Origin: an uncultured Acidobacteriota bacterium
GTDB taxonomy: Bacteria > Acidobacteriota > Thermoanaerobaculia > Multivoradales > UBA5704
Assembly (NCBI GenBank): GCA_963700145.1
Contig: OY969474.1
Location: forward strand, 3,584,001-3,648,000
Direction of reading: 5' to 3'
DNA length: 64,000 nucleotides
The notes beneath the pieces are model-generated. The model was not told the origin of the DNA. It ran no database searches and saw nothing but the letters and a program-made list of their open reading frames with translations. Positions 22,187-31,766 of the stretch are shown here, piece after piece. Made by a program: the position numbers and the translations under genes. Position 1 is the first letter of the stretch, and each line of letters opens with the position of its first letter.

Positions 22187-23805
22187 CGCTCCTCCGGCTT
22201 CGGCTCGATCGGGCGCCCGCTCGCCTCCCACGCCCGCCATCCTCCGGTCAGGGCGCGCGCGTTGCGCCACCCCGCCCGCTGCAGCTCGCGCGTCACCCGG
22301 ACGCTCGTGCGCTCCTCAGGTCACGTGCAGTACGAGACGAGCCAGGTGTCCGGCGGCAGGCCCCACGCCCCGACCACCTCGACCGCGTTGTCCGGCGGCA
22401 CGCGGACGGCGCCGCGCGCCCGCTCGGAGCTCTCGCGGTAGGCGCCCTCGCTGCGCACGTCGAGGAGCACGACCGGCTCCCCGCGCCGCTCCAGCTCGGC
22501 GAGCTCCTCCAGCGTGATGCGCTCGGGGTCTCCCTTGTCCAAGGCCGCCGCCCCCTCGGGGACCGTCGCGACCGCAGGGGGCGGCACCGGCGGCGCCTCC
22601 GCGACGGCGCCGGCGGGCGCCGGCCGCAGGAAGACCTGCGAGCCGCCGTGGATGACGACCGACAGCAGCACGACGAGGGCCGTGATCTCGAAGAGCTCGC
22701 CGGCGCGCGGCAGCCCGGCGAAGACGGCGAGGAGCACGAGGAGGAGCGAGCTCAGGCCGCGCGGGCCGAACCAGGCGGCGAGCAGGCGACTGCGCCGGTC
22801 GAGGCTGCTGCCGGCGAGGACGGCGAGCAGCAGCGGGGCGCGCACGAAGAGGGCGACCGCGGCGAAGAGCAGCGCCGCCGGGCTCAGCGCCGTGAGGCCG
22901 CCCCAGATCGCCGAGCTGCCGAGGGCTACGAAGGTGAACAGCAGCCCCAGCTCCGCGGTCGCCTGCCCGTAGTCGAAGAAGCACTCGCAGAGCTCGACGT
23001 CGAGGGCGGCGATCGTCAGCCCGGCCGCGAAGGCGGCGAGGAAGCCGCTGCCGCCGACCGCCTCGGCCGCGGCGAAGGCGGTCAGCGCGACGCCGAAGCC
23101 GTAGAGCGACTCGTAGTCGCGCCGCACGCCGACGCGGCGGCGGATGACGTGGAGGGCGCCGATCGCCACCAGGCCCACGACCACCCCGCCGGCGATGCCG
23201 GGCACGAAGAGGCCGAGCGCCGCCCGCCCCATCTCGGCACCCCCCGGCGGCGCCTCGCCCGGCACCAGGAACCGCATGGCGACCAGCACCACCGGCAGCA
23301 GAACGGCGTCGTTCATGCCGCTCTCGAGGCGGAGGGCGTAGCGGGCCGGGGGCGGCAGGCTGGGGTTGCGCAGCAGGCCGCGCAGGAGCACCGGGTCGGT
23401 CGAGGCGAGGGCCGCGCCGACGATCGCGCTCTCGGCCACCCCCAGCCCGAGGATGCCCCAGGCGGCGAGCCCGATCGCGGCCGCGGTCAGCAGCGTCGCC
23501 GGGCCGAGGATCAGGGCGGCGAGCCGCAGGTGGTGCCGGAGGTCGGCGAAGGTGATGTCCACGGCGTCGGTGAAGAGCACGAGCACCAGCCCGAGCGTCG
23601 CGACGGCGCGGATCGTGGGCGAATCGACGGCGAGCGAGACGAGCCCCAGCCCGAACGGGCCGAGGGCGGTGCCGAGCGCGAGGAAGACCAGCGTCTGCGG
23701 CAGCCGCGTGCGGTCGGCGACCCCCGACAGCAGCGCCGCCGTCAGGACCACGGCGCCGACGATGCCGAAGATGCTGATCATCGGCTCGATGTCGTGCAGG
23801 CTCAA
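22183..23805 (-). CDS. NhaP/CPA1 cation:proton antiporter fused to a C-terminal rhodanese domain with in-frame UGA (putative selenocysteine, + strand 22321-22323)
   Basis: LASTDPV, ESGMND, WFGPRGLSS CPA1 motifs; LLDVRS..YCT-UGA-PEERTSVRVTRELQRAGWRNARALTGGWRAW rhodanese continues to a stop overlapping the mqnP GTG. Start TTG 23805 or ATG 23781. Confidence 0.85.
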
Positions 23806-23867
23806 GGTCGCGCCGCGAATCTATCAGCCGCCGTTTGATGAGCGGCGGTCCGGCGAGCTGGCTGCCC

Positions 23868-24785
23868 TCAGGGACAGGTGTCGAACGCGTTGGTGTCCTG
23901 CACCGGCTGGAAGGGCGTCCCGAGGTCGTTCAAGTAGATCTGCTGTGCCCCGGTGTGGCTGTCCGTGACGTAGATGTCGACTTGGACGTCCGTCAGGCCG
24001 CCGGCGAACACCCAGAACCTCCCGAACGGGGCGCAGGCGTCGAGCACCTTGATGACGACCTCGACGTTGCTGGGGCTGAAGAACCAGAGGTAGCCGGTGT
24101 CGTCGGTGAGCTTGACCACCGCGGCGCGGCCCGCCGCGGTCTGCGTCCGCCAGAAAGCCACCACCTCGAAGCGCTCCTGGTTGAGGCAAAGGACGTGCGA
24201 CAGGGCGGCGCAGGTGTGGGGGACCTTGAGAGCGACGTTGTCGAAGTGTGCCACCGCCTCGCCCCCCGCGCCGAACTTGGCGACGACGAGCCCGATCCGG
24301 ACGCCTCGCGCCTCCAGCGGCACGGTGAAGCGGAGCCCGGCGTCGGGGCTCGGATGCCAGGCGCCGTCCGTCACCTCCCCGGCGAACCCCCCGGTGCCGA
24401 GGAACTCGCTGCCCGGGCTGCACGTCGGGTCGTTGTACCAGGTGATCGGGGTATGCACGATCGCCGTCACCCCGCCCGTCGCCTCGAGGCGGTAGTCGTA
24501 GCGGCGCACGAGCACCATGCCGCCGGTCACCGGGACGCACTCGGAGAACGCGATCTCGGCGGCGTTGGCCGCCGGATGCGCGATGGAGGTGCGCAGCGAC
24601 CCCGAGTTCGGCAAGCCGAAGGCATCGATCGGGCTGAAGGTGGGGGGCGAAGTGAACCCCTCCCACGGCGCGACGTTAGTGTCGAAGGTGCCGTTCTGGA
24701 GCAGGTTCTGCGCCGCCGCCGGCGCAGCGCCGCAGCAGAGCACGACCGCGAGGGCAAGGCAGCGGCAGCGTCGGTTCGTCGCCAA
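23868..24785 (-). CDS. Secreted protein with NLLxNG(T)FD N-domain and conserved Cys-flanked C-terminal domain
   Basis: GGAGG + TTG, signal peptide, LCLNQERF..GYLWFFSPSNVEVVIKVLDAC..FWVFAGGLTD..QDTNAF. Confidence 0.75.
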   Translation of the reverse strand: MATNRRCRCLALAVVLCCGAAPAAAQNLLQNGTFDTNVAPWEGFTSPPTFSPIDAFGLPNSGSLRTSIAHPAANAAEIAFSECVPVTGGMVLVRRYDYRLEATGGVTAIVHTPITWYNDPTCSPGSEFLGTGGFAGEVTDGAWHPSPDAGLRFTVPLEARGVRIGLVVAKFGAGGEAVAHFDNVALKVPHTCAALSHVLCLNQERFEVVAFWRTQTAAGRAAVVKLTDDTGYLWFFSPSNVEVVIKVLDACAPFGRFWVFAGGLTDVQVDIYVTDSHTGAQQIYLNDLGTPFQPVQDTNAFDTCP

Positions 24786-24834
24786 GTTGTTCGACCTCCT
24801 GAAGTGGTTCAGAGAATATCGCAGGCAACGACGT

Positions 24835-25140
24835 TCAACGCTCGCCCCGGTCCTGGTCCAGCAGCTCGGCCGAGGTGATGCCTTCGAGGGCGGCCGGCAT
24901 CCGCTCGTAGATCTCCGGCCGGTTCGGGCCGCCCAGCCGGATGCTCCCCCGCCGGACGAGCTCGGCGAGGCCTGGATAGCGCTGCAGCAGGTCGAGCTGG
25001 TGCTCGTTCCGCGGCTCGGGCGGCCGCAGCTCGGCCACCACCTGGCTGCGATCGGTGACCAGGACGGTTTCCCCTTGCCGCACTTTGCGCACGTAGTCGC
25101 TCAGCCGTTTCTTCAGCTCGCGGATGTCGACACTGTGCAT
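24835..25140 (-). CDS. Phd/YefM-family antitoxin (no intact toxin downstream)
   Basis: VDIRELKKRLSDYVRKVRQGETVLVTDR..VAEL. Confidence 0.8.
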   Translation of the reverse strand: MHSVDIRELKKRLSDYVRKVRQGETVLVTDRSQVVAELRPPEPRNEHQLDLLQRYPGLAELVRRGSIRLGGPNRPEIYERMPAALEGITSAELLDQDRGER

Positions 25141-25310
25141 GGCCCGGAAATGTTCCGCGTGTAGCCATCTGGGCAACGGCCGGTAGCGCGGCCTTCGTCC
25201 GATTGCTTCCTGACTATCACCAAGCCGATTCGTGGTGAAGCTCGCGGAGCACGCACCCAGACCTTAGGCCACCAAGCCCCTCACCGGGCGGCACGGTGAC
25301 GGTCTCAACC

Positions 25311-26769
25311 GGGGTTGTCCCTCCCGCTGTTGAAAGAGCAATGAGGTGAAGGCGGCTCCTCGGCCCACCTGATCGAGAATCGGGTTGGTCGAATAACCGG
25401 CCCCGCCAGGGGGCCAAGGAGCCGTGATGAAGACGAGAGCAGAAAGGCGGGTGGTGTGGCAAGGGGGCCGTGCGGCGCGCATCAGCCACGGGCTACAAGC
25501 GCTGCTGCGGCCGATGGTCGAGGGCATCGAGGCCAGCCGCCAGGGGCTGCTGGAGCTGTTTCACGCCGCGGGCGTCGAGGCCCTGGGGCGGCAGCTCGCG
25601 GACGAGGTCGAGGCCGTCGTCGGTCCGAAGCGTCGGCGCAATCCGACCCGCGAGGCGTACCGCTGGGGCTCGACGGCGAGCGAGTTCGTGCTGGGTGGCC
25701 GCCAGGTGGCGCTGCCGCGACCGCGCGTCCGGCGACGCGACGGTGGCGAGATGAGCTTGCCTTCGGTGCGCGCCTTTCAGGACGAAGATCCCTTCACGGA
25801 GCGGGTGATCGAGCAGGCGCTGGTCGGCGTCTCGCAGCGCCGCTACGGTCGGAGCTTGGAGCCGCTCGCAGAGTCGGTGCCGGAGCGCGCGACGAGCAAG
25901 AGTGCGGTCCAGCGCCGGCTGGTGGCGGGGACGCGTCGTCTGCTGGGCGCGTGGCTGCGCCGAGACCTGTCGGACTTCCAGCCCCTGATCCTGATGATCG
26001 ACGGGCTGGAGGTGGCCGGCCACACCCTGGTGGTGGCACTCGGCATCGCGCGCGACGGGACCAAGCGGGTGCTCGGCCTGCGTGAAGGCGCGACGGAGAA
26101 CGCGGCGCTCTGTACCGGCCTGCTCCAGGAGCTGTTGGAGCGAGGCCTCGCGATGCCGCCGCGCTTCTTGGCGGTGCTCGACGGCGGCAAGGGGCTGCGC
26201 AAGGCCGTGCGCGCCGTCTTCGGGGACGCAACCCACGTCCAGCGCTGCCAGCTCCACAAGCGCCGCAACGTCCGCGACCACCTGCCCAAGCAGCTCCAAG
26301 CCCGGGTCGACCGCCTGATGGTCGAGGCCTACCAGAGCGCTCGCTTCGACCTCGCCAAGCGTCGCCTCGAGCAGCTTGCCCGCTGGCTCGAGCACGCAGG
26401 CCACGCGGGCGCCGCGGGCAGCCTGCGCGAGGGCCTCGACGAGACCCTCACCGCCTTGCGGCTGAAGCTGCCCGACGCTCTGCGCCGGTTGCTCGCCTCG
26501 ACCAACGCGATCGAGAACACGATCGGCTCGATCCGTACGACGACGCGCAACGTCAAGCGCTGGCGCGGCGGCGACATGGTGCTGCGCTGGGTCGCCCTGG
26601 CGCTGTGTGACGCGGAGGCTGGCTTCCGGCGTGTCAAGGGACATCGGCACCTCGGGGCTCTCGAGCTCGCGCTCGCGGCGATCGAGGAACCGACGAACAC
26701 CAAGGCCGTGGCATGATCAACCGAGCCGCTTTCCCTCTTTCGGCTTTCAACAGGGAACGGGGCATCCCC
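25311..26769 (+). mobile_element. IS256-family insertion sequence
   Basis: Imperfect ~47-bp terminal inverted repeats (GGGGTTGTCCCTCCCGCTGTTGAAAG.. / ..CTTTCAACAGGGAACGGGGCATCCCC) around a Mutator-type transposase. Confidence 0.88.
25424..26716 (+). CDS. IS256/Mutator-family DDE transposase
   Basis: ILMIDG, GTKRVLGL, VLDGGKGL, QRCQLHKRRN, STNAIE. Confidence 0.93.
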   Translation: MMKTRAERRVVWQGGRAARISHGLQALLRPMVEGIEASRQGLLELFHAAGVEALGRQLADEVEAVVGPKRRRNPTREAYRWGSTASEFVLGGRQVALPRPRVRRRDGGEMSLPSVRAFQDEDPFTERVIEQALVGVSQRRYGRSLEPLAESVPERATSKSAVQRRLVAGTRRLLGAWLRRDLSDFQPLILMIDGLEVAGHTLVVALGIARDGTKRVLGLREGATENAALCTGLLQELLERGLAMPPRFLAVLDGGKGLRKAVRAVFGDATHVQRCQLHKRRNVRDHLPKQLQARVDRLMVEAYQSARFDLAKRRLEQLARWLEHAGHAGAAGSLREGLDETLTALRLKLPDALRRLLASTNAIENTIGSIRTTTRNVKRWRGGDMVLRWVALALCDAEAGFRRVKGHRHLGALELALAAIEEPTNTKAVA

Positions 26770-26942
26770 CCAACGTCGTCGCGAAGTGGTTTTTTCAAAG
26801 AGGATGGCACCGACAGGGCCGAGGCCCTTCTGATGACTCCTTGGGAGCTGGCGAGGGCTAAAGCTCCGAGTTTTTCACCCGCGGCCGCAACCTACCGCCA
26901 CGTTTTTGGACTAGGGGTGAAAATTTAGGTAGTCTCGGGCGC

Positions 26943-28064
26943 ATGAGCGCGACTGAGCGCTATCTCGTGCCGCAGGTCCTGGCCGACCTGCGGCGGAAGA
27001 TGGTCTTCGTGGCGGGGCCGCGGCAGGTGGGCAAGACCACCCTGGCGCGGGGCCTGCCGGGGGGTGCCGAGGGCTACCTGAGCTGGGACGTCCCCGAGGA
27101 CCGGGAGCGGATCCTCCGGCGGGAGCTGCCGCCGGGCGATCTTTGGGTCTTCGACGAGATCCACAAGTATCGGCTGTGGCGGAACTACCTGAAGGGCCTG
27201 TACGACGCGCGGCGGCGGCCGCGGCAGCGGATCCTCGTCACCGGCAGCGCCCGCCTCGACCTCTACCGCTACTCGGGCGATTCACTCCAGGGCCGCTACC
27301 ACTTTCTGCGCCTTCACCCGCTGTCGGCGGCCGAGCTGGGGCTCACCACCGCCGCCGATCTCGAGCGCCTCCTCACCCTGGGCGGTTTCCCCGAGCCCTA
27401 CTTCGGCGGCTCGGAGGTGGAGGCCCGGCGCTGGTCGCGCGAGTATCGGAACCTGCTGATCCGGGAGGAGGTGACGAGCCTCGAGCGGGTCCAGGACCTC
27501 GGGCGGCTGGAGCTCCTCATGCTCCAGCTCCCGGAGCGGGTGGGCTCGCCGCTCTCGATCAACGCCCTGCGCGAGGACCTCGAGGTCAGCCACAAGACCC
27601 TGTCCACGTGGCTCGCCATCCTCGAGCGGCTGTACGCCGTGTTCCGCCTGCCGCCGATGGGGGCGCCGGCGCTGCGGGCGGTCAAGAAGGCGCAGAAGGC
27701 CTACACCTTCGACTGGACCCTGGTGCCCGACCCGGCGCTCCGCTTCGAGAACCTGGCGGCGTGCCATCTGCTCAAGTGGGTCCACTTCCAGCAAGACAGT
27801 CAGGGCCGGGACGTCGAGCTGCGCTACTTCCGCGACCTCGAGGGACGGGAGGTGGACTTCGTCGTGACGGAGCGGCGCCGGCCGGTTCTGATGGTGGAGT
27901 GCAAGGCGGACGACGCGCCCCTCGACCGGAGCCTCCGCTACCTCAAGGCCCGCTTCCCTGATTGCCCCGCGTGGCAGCTCTCGGCCCGCGGCGCTCGCGA
28001 CTACCAGACGCCGGAAGGAATCCGCGTGGCGCCGGCGCTGGCGCTCCTCGGGCAGCTCGTCTGA
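26943..28064 (+). CDS. AAA+ ATPase (AAA_14/DUF4143) with C-terminal nuclease-like motif
   Basis: GPRQVGKTT, FDEIHK, VTGSA, GGFPEP, FEN, EVDFV..VECK. Confidence 0.88.
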   Translation: MSATERYLVPQVLADLRRKMVFVAGPRQVGKTTLARGLPGGAEGYLSWDVPEDRERILRRELPPGDLWVFDEIHKYRLWRNYLKGLYDARRRPRQRILVTGSARLDLYRYSGDSLQGRYHFLRLHPLSAAELGLTTAADLERLLTLGGFPEPYFGGSEVEARRWSREYRNLLIREEVTSLERVQDLGRLELLMLQLPERVGSPLSINALREDLEVSHKTLSTWLAILERLYAVFRLPPMGAPALRAVKKAQKAYTFDWTLVPDPALRFENLAACHLLKWVHFQQDSQGRDVELRYFRDLEGREVDFVVTERRRPVLMVECKADDAPLDRSLRYLKARFPDCPAWQLSARGARDYQTPEGIRVAPALALLGQLV

Positions 28065-28068
28065 AGCG

Positions 28069-28485
28069 TCAACGTCGGCCGGGCTTCTTCCTCGCCGCTC
28101 CGGGCTTCGTCTTCTTCGCGGCGGATTCCAGGATGCCCGGGTTGATGATGCCGCCGCCGATGCCGCCCATGACGCCGCCGCGGCCGGTCGGTGGCTTGAT
28201 CAGGATGACGCGGACGATCGTGCTGTTGCTCTTGCCGGGCTGGACGTCGTGGTCGATCGATACGGTCCACCCGTGGTTGAAGCCGTCGCGCAGCAGGGCG
28301 AGCATGCCCTCGCGCGCCGGGCCGCGGTTGTCGTCGCGCAGCTTGAAGCCCATGGCCTTGCCCGGCAGCCCCTGGAACTGGACGACGACCTCGACGTCGA
28401 GCTGGTCGGCCGGCGGCCCGAACTTCGAGCCCAGCTCGTGCACCCGCAGCAGACTGAGCTTCCCGGTCACGTTCTCGATGCCCAT
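28069..28485 (-). CDS. Hypothetical protein, paralog of the C-terminal domain of the upstream propeller protein
   Basis: LRVHELGSKFGPPADQLDVEVVV..GMLALLRDGFN; GGAGG RBS. Confidence 0.75.
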   Translation of the reverse strand: MGIENVTGKLSLLRVHELGSKFGPPADQLDVEVVVQFQGLPGKAMGFKLRDDNRGPAREGMLALLRDGFNHGWTVSIDHDVQPGKSNSTIVRVILIKPPTGRGGVMGGIGGGIINPGILESAAKKTKPGAARKKPGRR

Positions 28486-28502
28486 GGCTCGCCTCCGTTT
28501 CG

Positions 28503-31229
28503 CTAGCGTGCGATGACGCGGACGATCCGGCCGGTCCGGCAGCCGGAGCGCACGAACTCGATCCGCACCGGCCGGCCGCGGTTGAATGTGTCGCGCAAGA
28601 CGTCGAGCATGCCTTTCGCCACCCGGCGGTCGGCGTTGTCGCGCAGCTGCAGGCCGAAGGCCTTCTCCGGCTCGCTGTCGAGCTCGACGATGACCTCGGC
28701 GTCGAGCCGGTCGGTCGGCGGGCCGAAGCCGCCGCCCAGCTCGTGGACGCGCAAGCGCGTGATCCGGCCCTCGGCGGCCTGCAGGCTGCCGAGCGGGAAG
28801 TCCCAATCGGGCGGCAGCGGGGAGAGGCGCAGCAGGCCGCGGTTGCTGGTCGCCACACGTAGAGCGCGCGCGGGCAGGAGACGAAGTCGTAGGCCGCGTT
28901 GACGGGACGCATGGCGGCGGCCGACGACAGCAGCAGGTGGGTCCACGTCCGGCCGTCGAGGGTGTGGAAGACGCCCGCCGGGCCGATCGCGAAGCGGACG
29001 CCGGCACGGTCGGGGTCGAACAGCATGTCGCGGATGAGGGCCTGGTCGGGATCGCCGTCGACCGGGTTGTCGCGGGGGTACTTGAAAAGGGAACTGCCCG
29101 TTCTCGGTGACGGCGGCCTCGAGCGGCCTGTCGATCCCCCAGCTCGCGCCGCCGTCGTCCGAGCGCCAGACGTGGTCCTCCACCAAGTAGACCAGGCTCG
29201 GGCGGTACGGATCGACGAAGAAGCGGCGGACGAAGAGAGGCGGGGACGGCTGCGGGAATGGCCCGCTGCCGACTTCGGGCACGAGCTGCTGCCAGGCCGC
29301 CATGCCCGCGGTCCACCTCCACAAAGTGGGCGCGTGTTCACCTACGAGCCCCGCGCCGGGGAGCGTCCCGCCGGTCTCCTTTGGGGGAGCGCTGACGTAG
29401 AACACCGGCGCCGCGTGGCCGCCCGAGACCTGGACCACAGAGACCTCGGGGCTCGGCAGCGGCGGCCCGACGAGGAAGACGCGCACGCCGGGGTCGTCGG
29501 CGGTCTCGGACGTCAGCCAGTGGCTCTCGTGCTCGATCGAGCTCAGCTTCGTGGTCCGCAGCAGCACCGGCCCCGAGGCGCTGAAACGGAGGACCACGAA
29601 GTCGCCGTCGGGCGGCGGCGTCTCGCCGCGCAGCGTCAGGACGAGCGGCCGGTAGCCGAGCCCGACGAAGTTGCTCACCGCCGACCACGCCGCCTTGAGC
29701 TTCGTGGGGTCGGTCTCGCCGTCCGGCGGCGGGGCGCCGGGGATGAGTCGTGCCTCGCGCGTGCCGAGCGCGGCGTTCGGCGGCGTGGCGTCGGGGCTCA
29801 CGTAGAGGTGGAGAAGCCCCGTGCCGGTGCCGGCGTCCCCCTTTTCGTCGCGCGGCGCGAAGACGATCAACCGGGAGGGCTGGAGGGGGTCGGCGAAGCA
29901 GCAGTCGTTGTCGCCGCCGAGGTAGTGCTGCGTCTGCCAGCGGGCGCCGCCGTCCCGGCTCCAGAAGCCGGAGTTGTCCGGCCCGCCGAAGCAGATCCCC
30001 GGGCCGCGGCGCCCGGGGTTGACCGCCACGTTGACCAGGCCGAGCGTCGCGAGCCCTTTGCCGTTCCGCCAGCTCCGCGCGCCGTTGGTGCTGAAGTTGG
30101 CGCCGCCGTCGTTGACCAGCAGGATGCGCCCGTGGCGCGTCAGCGGGGTGTCGGTGGCGAGCGGCCGCCGGAAGTCGGGGGTGAGCGCGAGGCCGTGCGG
30201 ATCGAGGTGGCAGTTGCGGTCCTCGATGCGGAACCAGCTTCCGGTCGCGTTCGGCTCGCCGAACGTGGCCTGCAGCGTGCGGCGATCGGAGGCGATGAGG
30301 TGGAAGAACCCGTTCGGCGCCAGGTGGGCGGCGACGAAGCTGGTGCCGCTGGCGGTCGTGCCCGGGAAGTCCGACCGCATCGGCGGCAGGCGCGTCCAGG
30401 AGCCGGGAGCGCCGGCGGGGAATGTCGGGAAGTCGCCGCGGTGGACGATCCCTTCGCCGTCCTCGAACGTCGCGACGTAGAGGAGGGTCGGGTCGCCCGG
30501 GTGGATCGAGAGGCTGCGCGAGCTCTGGCCGCTGCCGTCGGCCGGCGGGCCGAGGGAGAGCGGCTGGGGGTCCTGGCGCCAGGTGAGCCCCTCGTCGAGC
30601 GAGAACCAGATGTGCGAGCCCGCGGCGTAGACGCGGCGGCGGCCTCCGAGCACGGTACGGCGCGCGACCGCGACGTACCACACACGCTCGTTGTCGGGGT
30701 CCTGCTGCGGCACGCTCTCGGTCCAGGTCAAGCCACCGTCGAGGCTGCGGGCGACGGCGAGCCCGCCGGCGGCGAAGACGAGGCGCGGGTCGTCCGGCGC
30801 CGCCCCCAGGCAGCTTGCCTCCTCCACGTCGGCGCCGCGCACGAACTGGTGGACGCGGCCCCACGTCGCGCCGCCGTCGGCCGAGCGCCAGACGCCCGCC
30901 TGGTCGGGGCGGCGAGCGTCGCGGCCCACCGCCGCGAGCACGACGTCCGGGTCGGCCGCCGAGACCAGGAGGTCGTAGACGTTGGGGACGGGGAGCGCGC
31001 CGGGGACGGCGGCGCCGGCGACGGCGGGCTGCGGCCACTCCAGGTGCCGCCAATTGCGGCCGCCGTCGTCCGACCGCCACACCCCGGAGTGCCCGCCCAG
31101 GTAGCCGCGGAACCCGTCGGGCGAGAGGGCGCAACAGAGCGCCTTACCCGACACCGACTGGAGGATGCGCCCGATGCGCAGACTGGTGTTGTCGTCGCGC
31201 GGGCTGACGTCCTCGATGCGCACGGCCAT
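28503..31229 (-). CDS. BNR/Asp-box beta-propeller (sialidase/GH74-like) protein with two compensating frameshifts
   Basis: Repeated WRSxDGGxxW Asp-boxes; 28856-29085 reads sensibly only in an alternate frame. Confidence 0.75.
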   Translation of the reverse strand: MAVRIEDVSPRDDNTSLRIGRILQSVSGKALCCALSPDGFRGYLGGHSGVWRSDDGGRNWRHLEWPQPAVAGAAVPGALPVPNVYDLLVSAADPDVVLAAVGRDARRPDQAGVWRSADGGATWGRVHQFVRGADVEEASCLGAAPDDPRLVFAAGGLAVARSLDGGLTWTESVPQQDPDNERVWYVAVARRTVLGGRRRVYAAGSHIWFSLDEGLTWRQDPQPLSLGPPADGSGQSSRSLSIHPGDPTLLYVATFEDGEGIVHRGDFPTFPAGAPGSWTRLPPMRSDFPGTTASGTSFVAAHLAPNGFFHLIASDRRTLQATFGEPNATGSWFRIEDRNCHLDPHGLALTPDFRRPLATDTPLTRHGRILLVNDGGANFSTNGARSWRNGKGLATLGLVNVAVNPGRRGPGICFGGPDNSGFWSRDGGARWQTQHYLGGDNDCCFADPLQPSRLIVFAPRDEKGDAGTGTGLLHLYVSPDATPPNAALGTREARLIPGAPPPDGETDPTKLKAAWSAVSNFVGLGYRPLVLTLRGETPPPDGDFVVLRFSASGPVLLRTTKLSSIEHESHWLTSETADDPGVRVFLVGPPLPSPEVSVVQVSGGHAAPVFYVSAPPKETGGTLPGAGLVGEHAPTLWRWTAGMAAWQQLVPEVGSGPFPQPSPPLFVRRFFVDPYRPSLVYLVEDHVWRSDDGGASWGIDRPLEAAVTENGQFPFQVPPRQPGRRRSRPGPHPRHAVRPRPCRRPLRDRPGGRLPHPRRPDVDPPAAVVGRRHASRQRGLRLRLLPARALRVATSNRGLLRLSPLPPDWDFPLGSLQAAEGRITRLRVHELGGGFGPPTDRLDAEVIVELDSEPEKAFGLQLRDNADRRVAKGMLDVLRDTFNRGRPVRIEFVRSGCRTGRIVRVIAR

Positions 31230-31318
31230 GGGGGTCTCAGGGGGCCTTCACTTGAAAGCGTGCCGCGCCGGGGTCCGCACGGGACGGTGGCATCCGGGCG
31301 TATGCTCCCGCCGAGCCG

Positions 31319-31765
31319 ATGCACGCCACCACCTCCGCAACTCCTCAGACGGTCCTCGAGGCGCTCCGCGAGCGGCTGGCGCGGCGGCCGGAGGTCCTCG
31401 AAGCGTACCTCTTCGGCTCACACGCGCGGGGCGAGGCGGCGGCGCACAGCGACCTCGACCTCGCCGTCTACGTCGACCCCGAACGCCTGCCGCCGGCCCC
31501 GTACGGCTACGCCGCCGCGCTCGCCGGCGACCTGATGGCCGGGCTCGGCGTCGAGCGGCTCGACGTCGTCGTCCTCAACGACGCCCCGCCGCTGCTCTAT
31601 CACCGGGTGCTGCGCGACGGCGAGCGGCTGCTGAGCCGCGACCTCGCCGCGACGACGACGCGGGAAGGTCGCGCCCTGTCGCGCTACTGCGACTACCGGC
31701 AGCAGCTCCGCAAGGTGGACCGGGAGCTCGACAGGCGCCTGGCCGACGGCAGCTTCGGGCGATGA
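31319..31765 (+). CDS. Minimal nucleotidyltransferase antitoxin (MntA family)
   Basis: YLFGSHARG....SDLDLAV, DVVVLNDAPPLL. Confidence 0.88.
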   Translation: MHATTSATPQTVLEALRERLARRPEVLEAYLFGSHARGEAAAHSDLDLAVYVDPERLPPAPYGYAAALAGDLMAGLGVERLDVVVLNDAPPLLYHRVLRDGERLLSRDLAATTTREGRALSRYCDYRQQLRKVDRELDRRLADGSFGR

Positions 31766-31766
31766 G

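Noticed and set aside
26872-26923. TTTTCACCC/GGGTGAAAA inverted repeat upstream of the AAA ATPase
   Set aside because: Only 9-bp arms and a single occurrence; cannot assign a function
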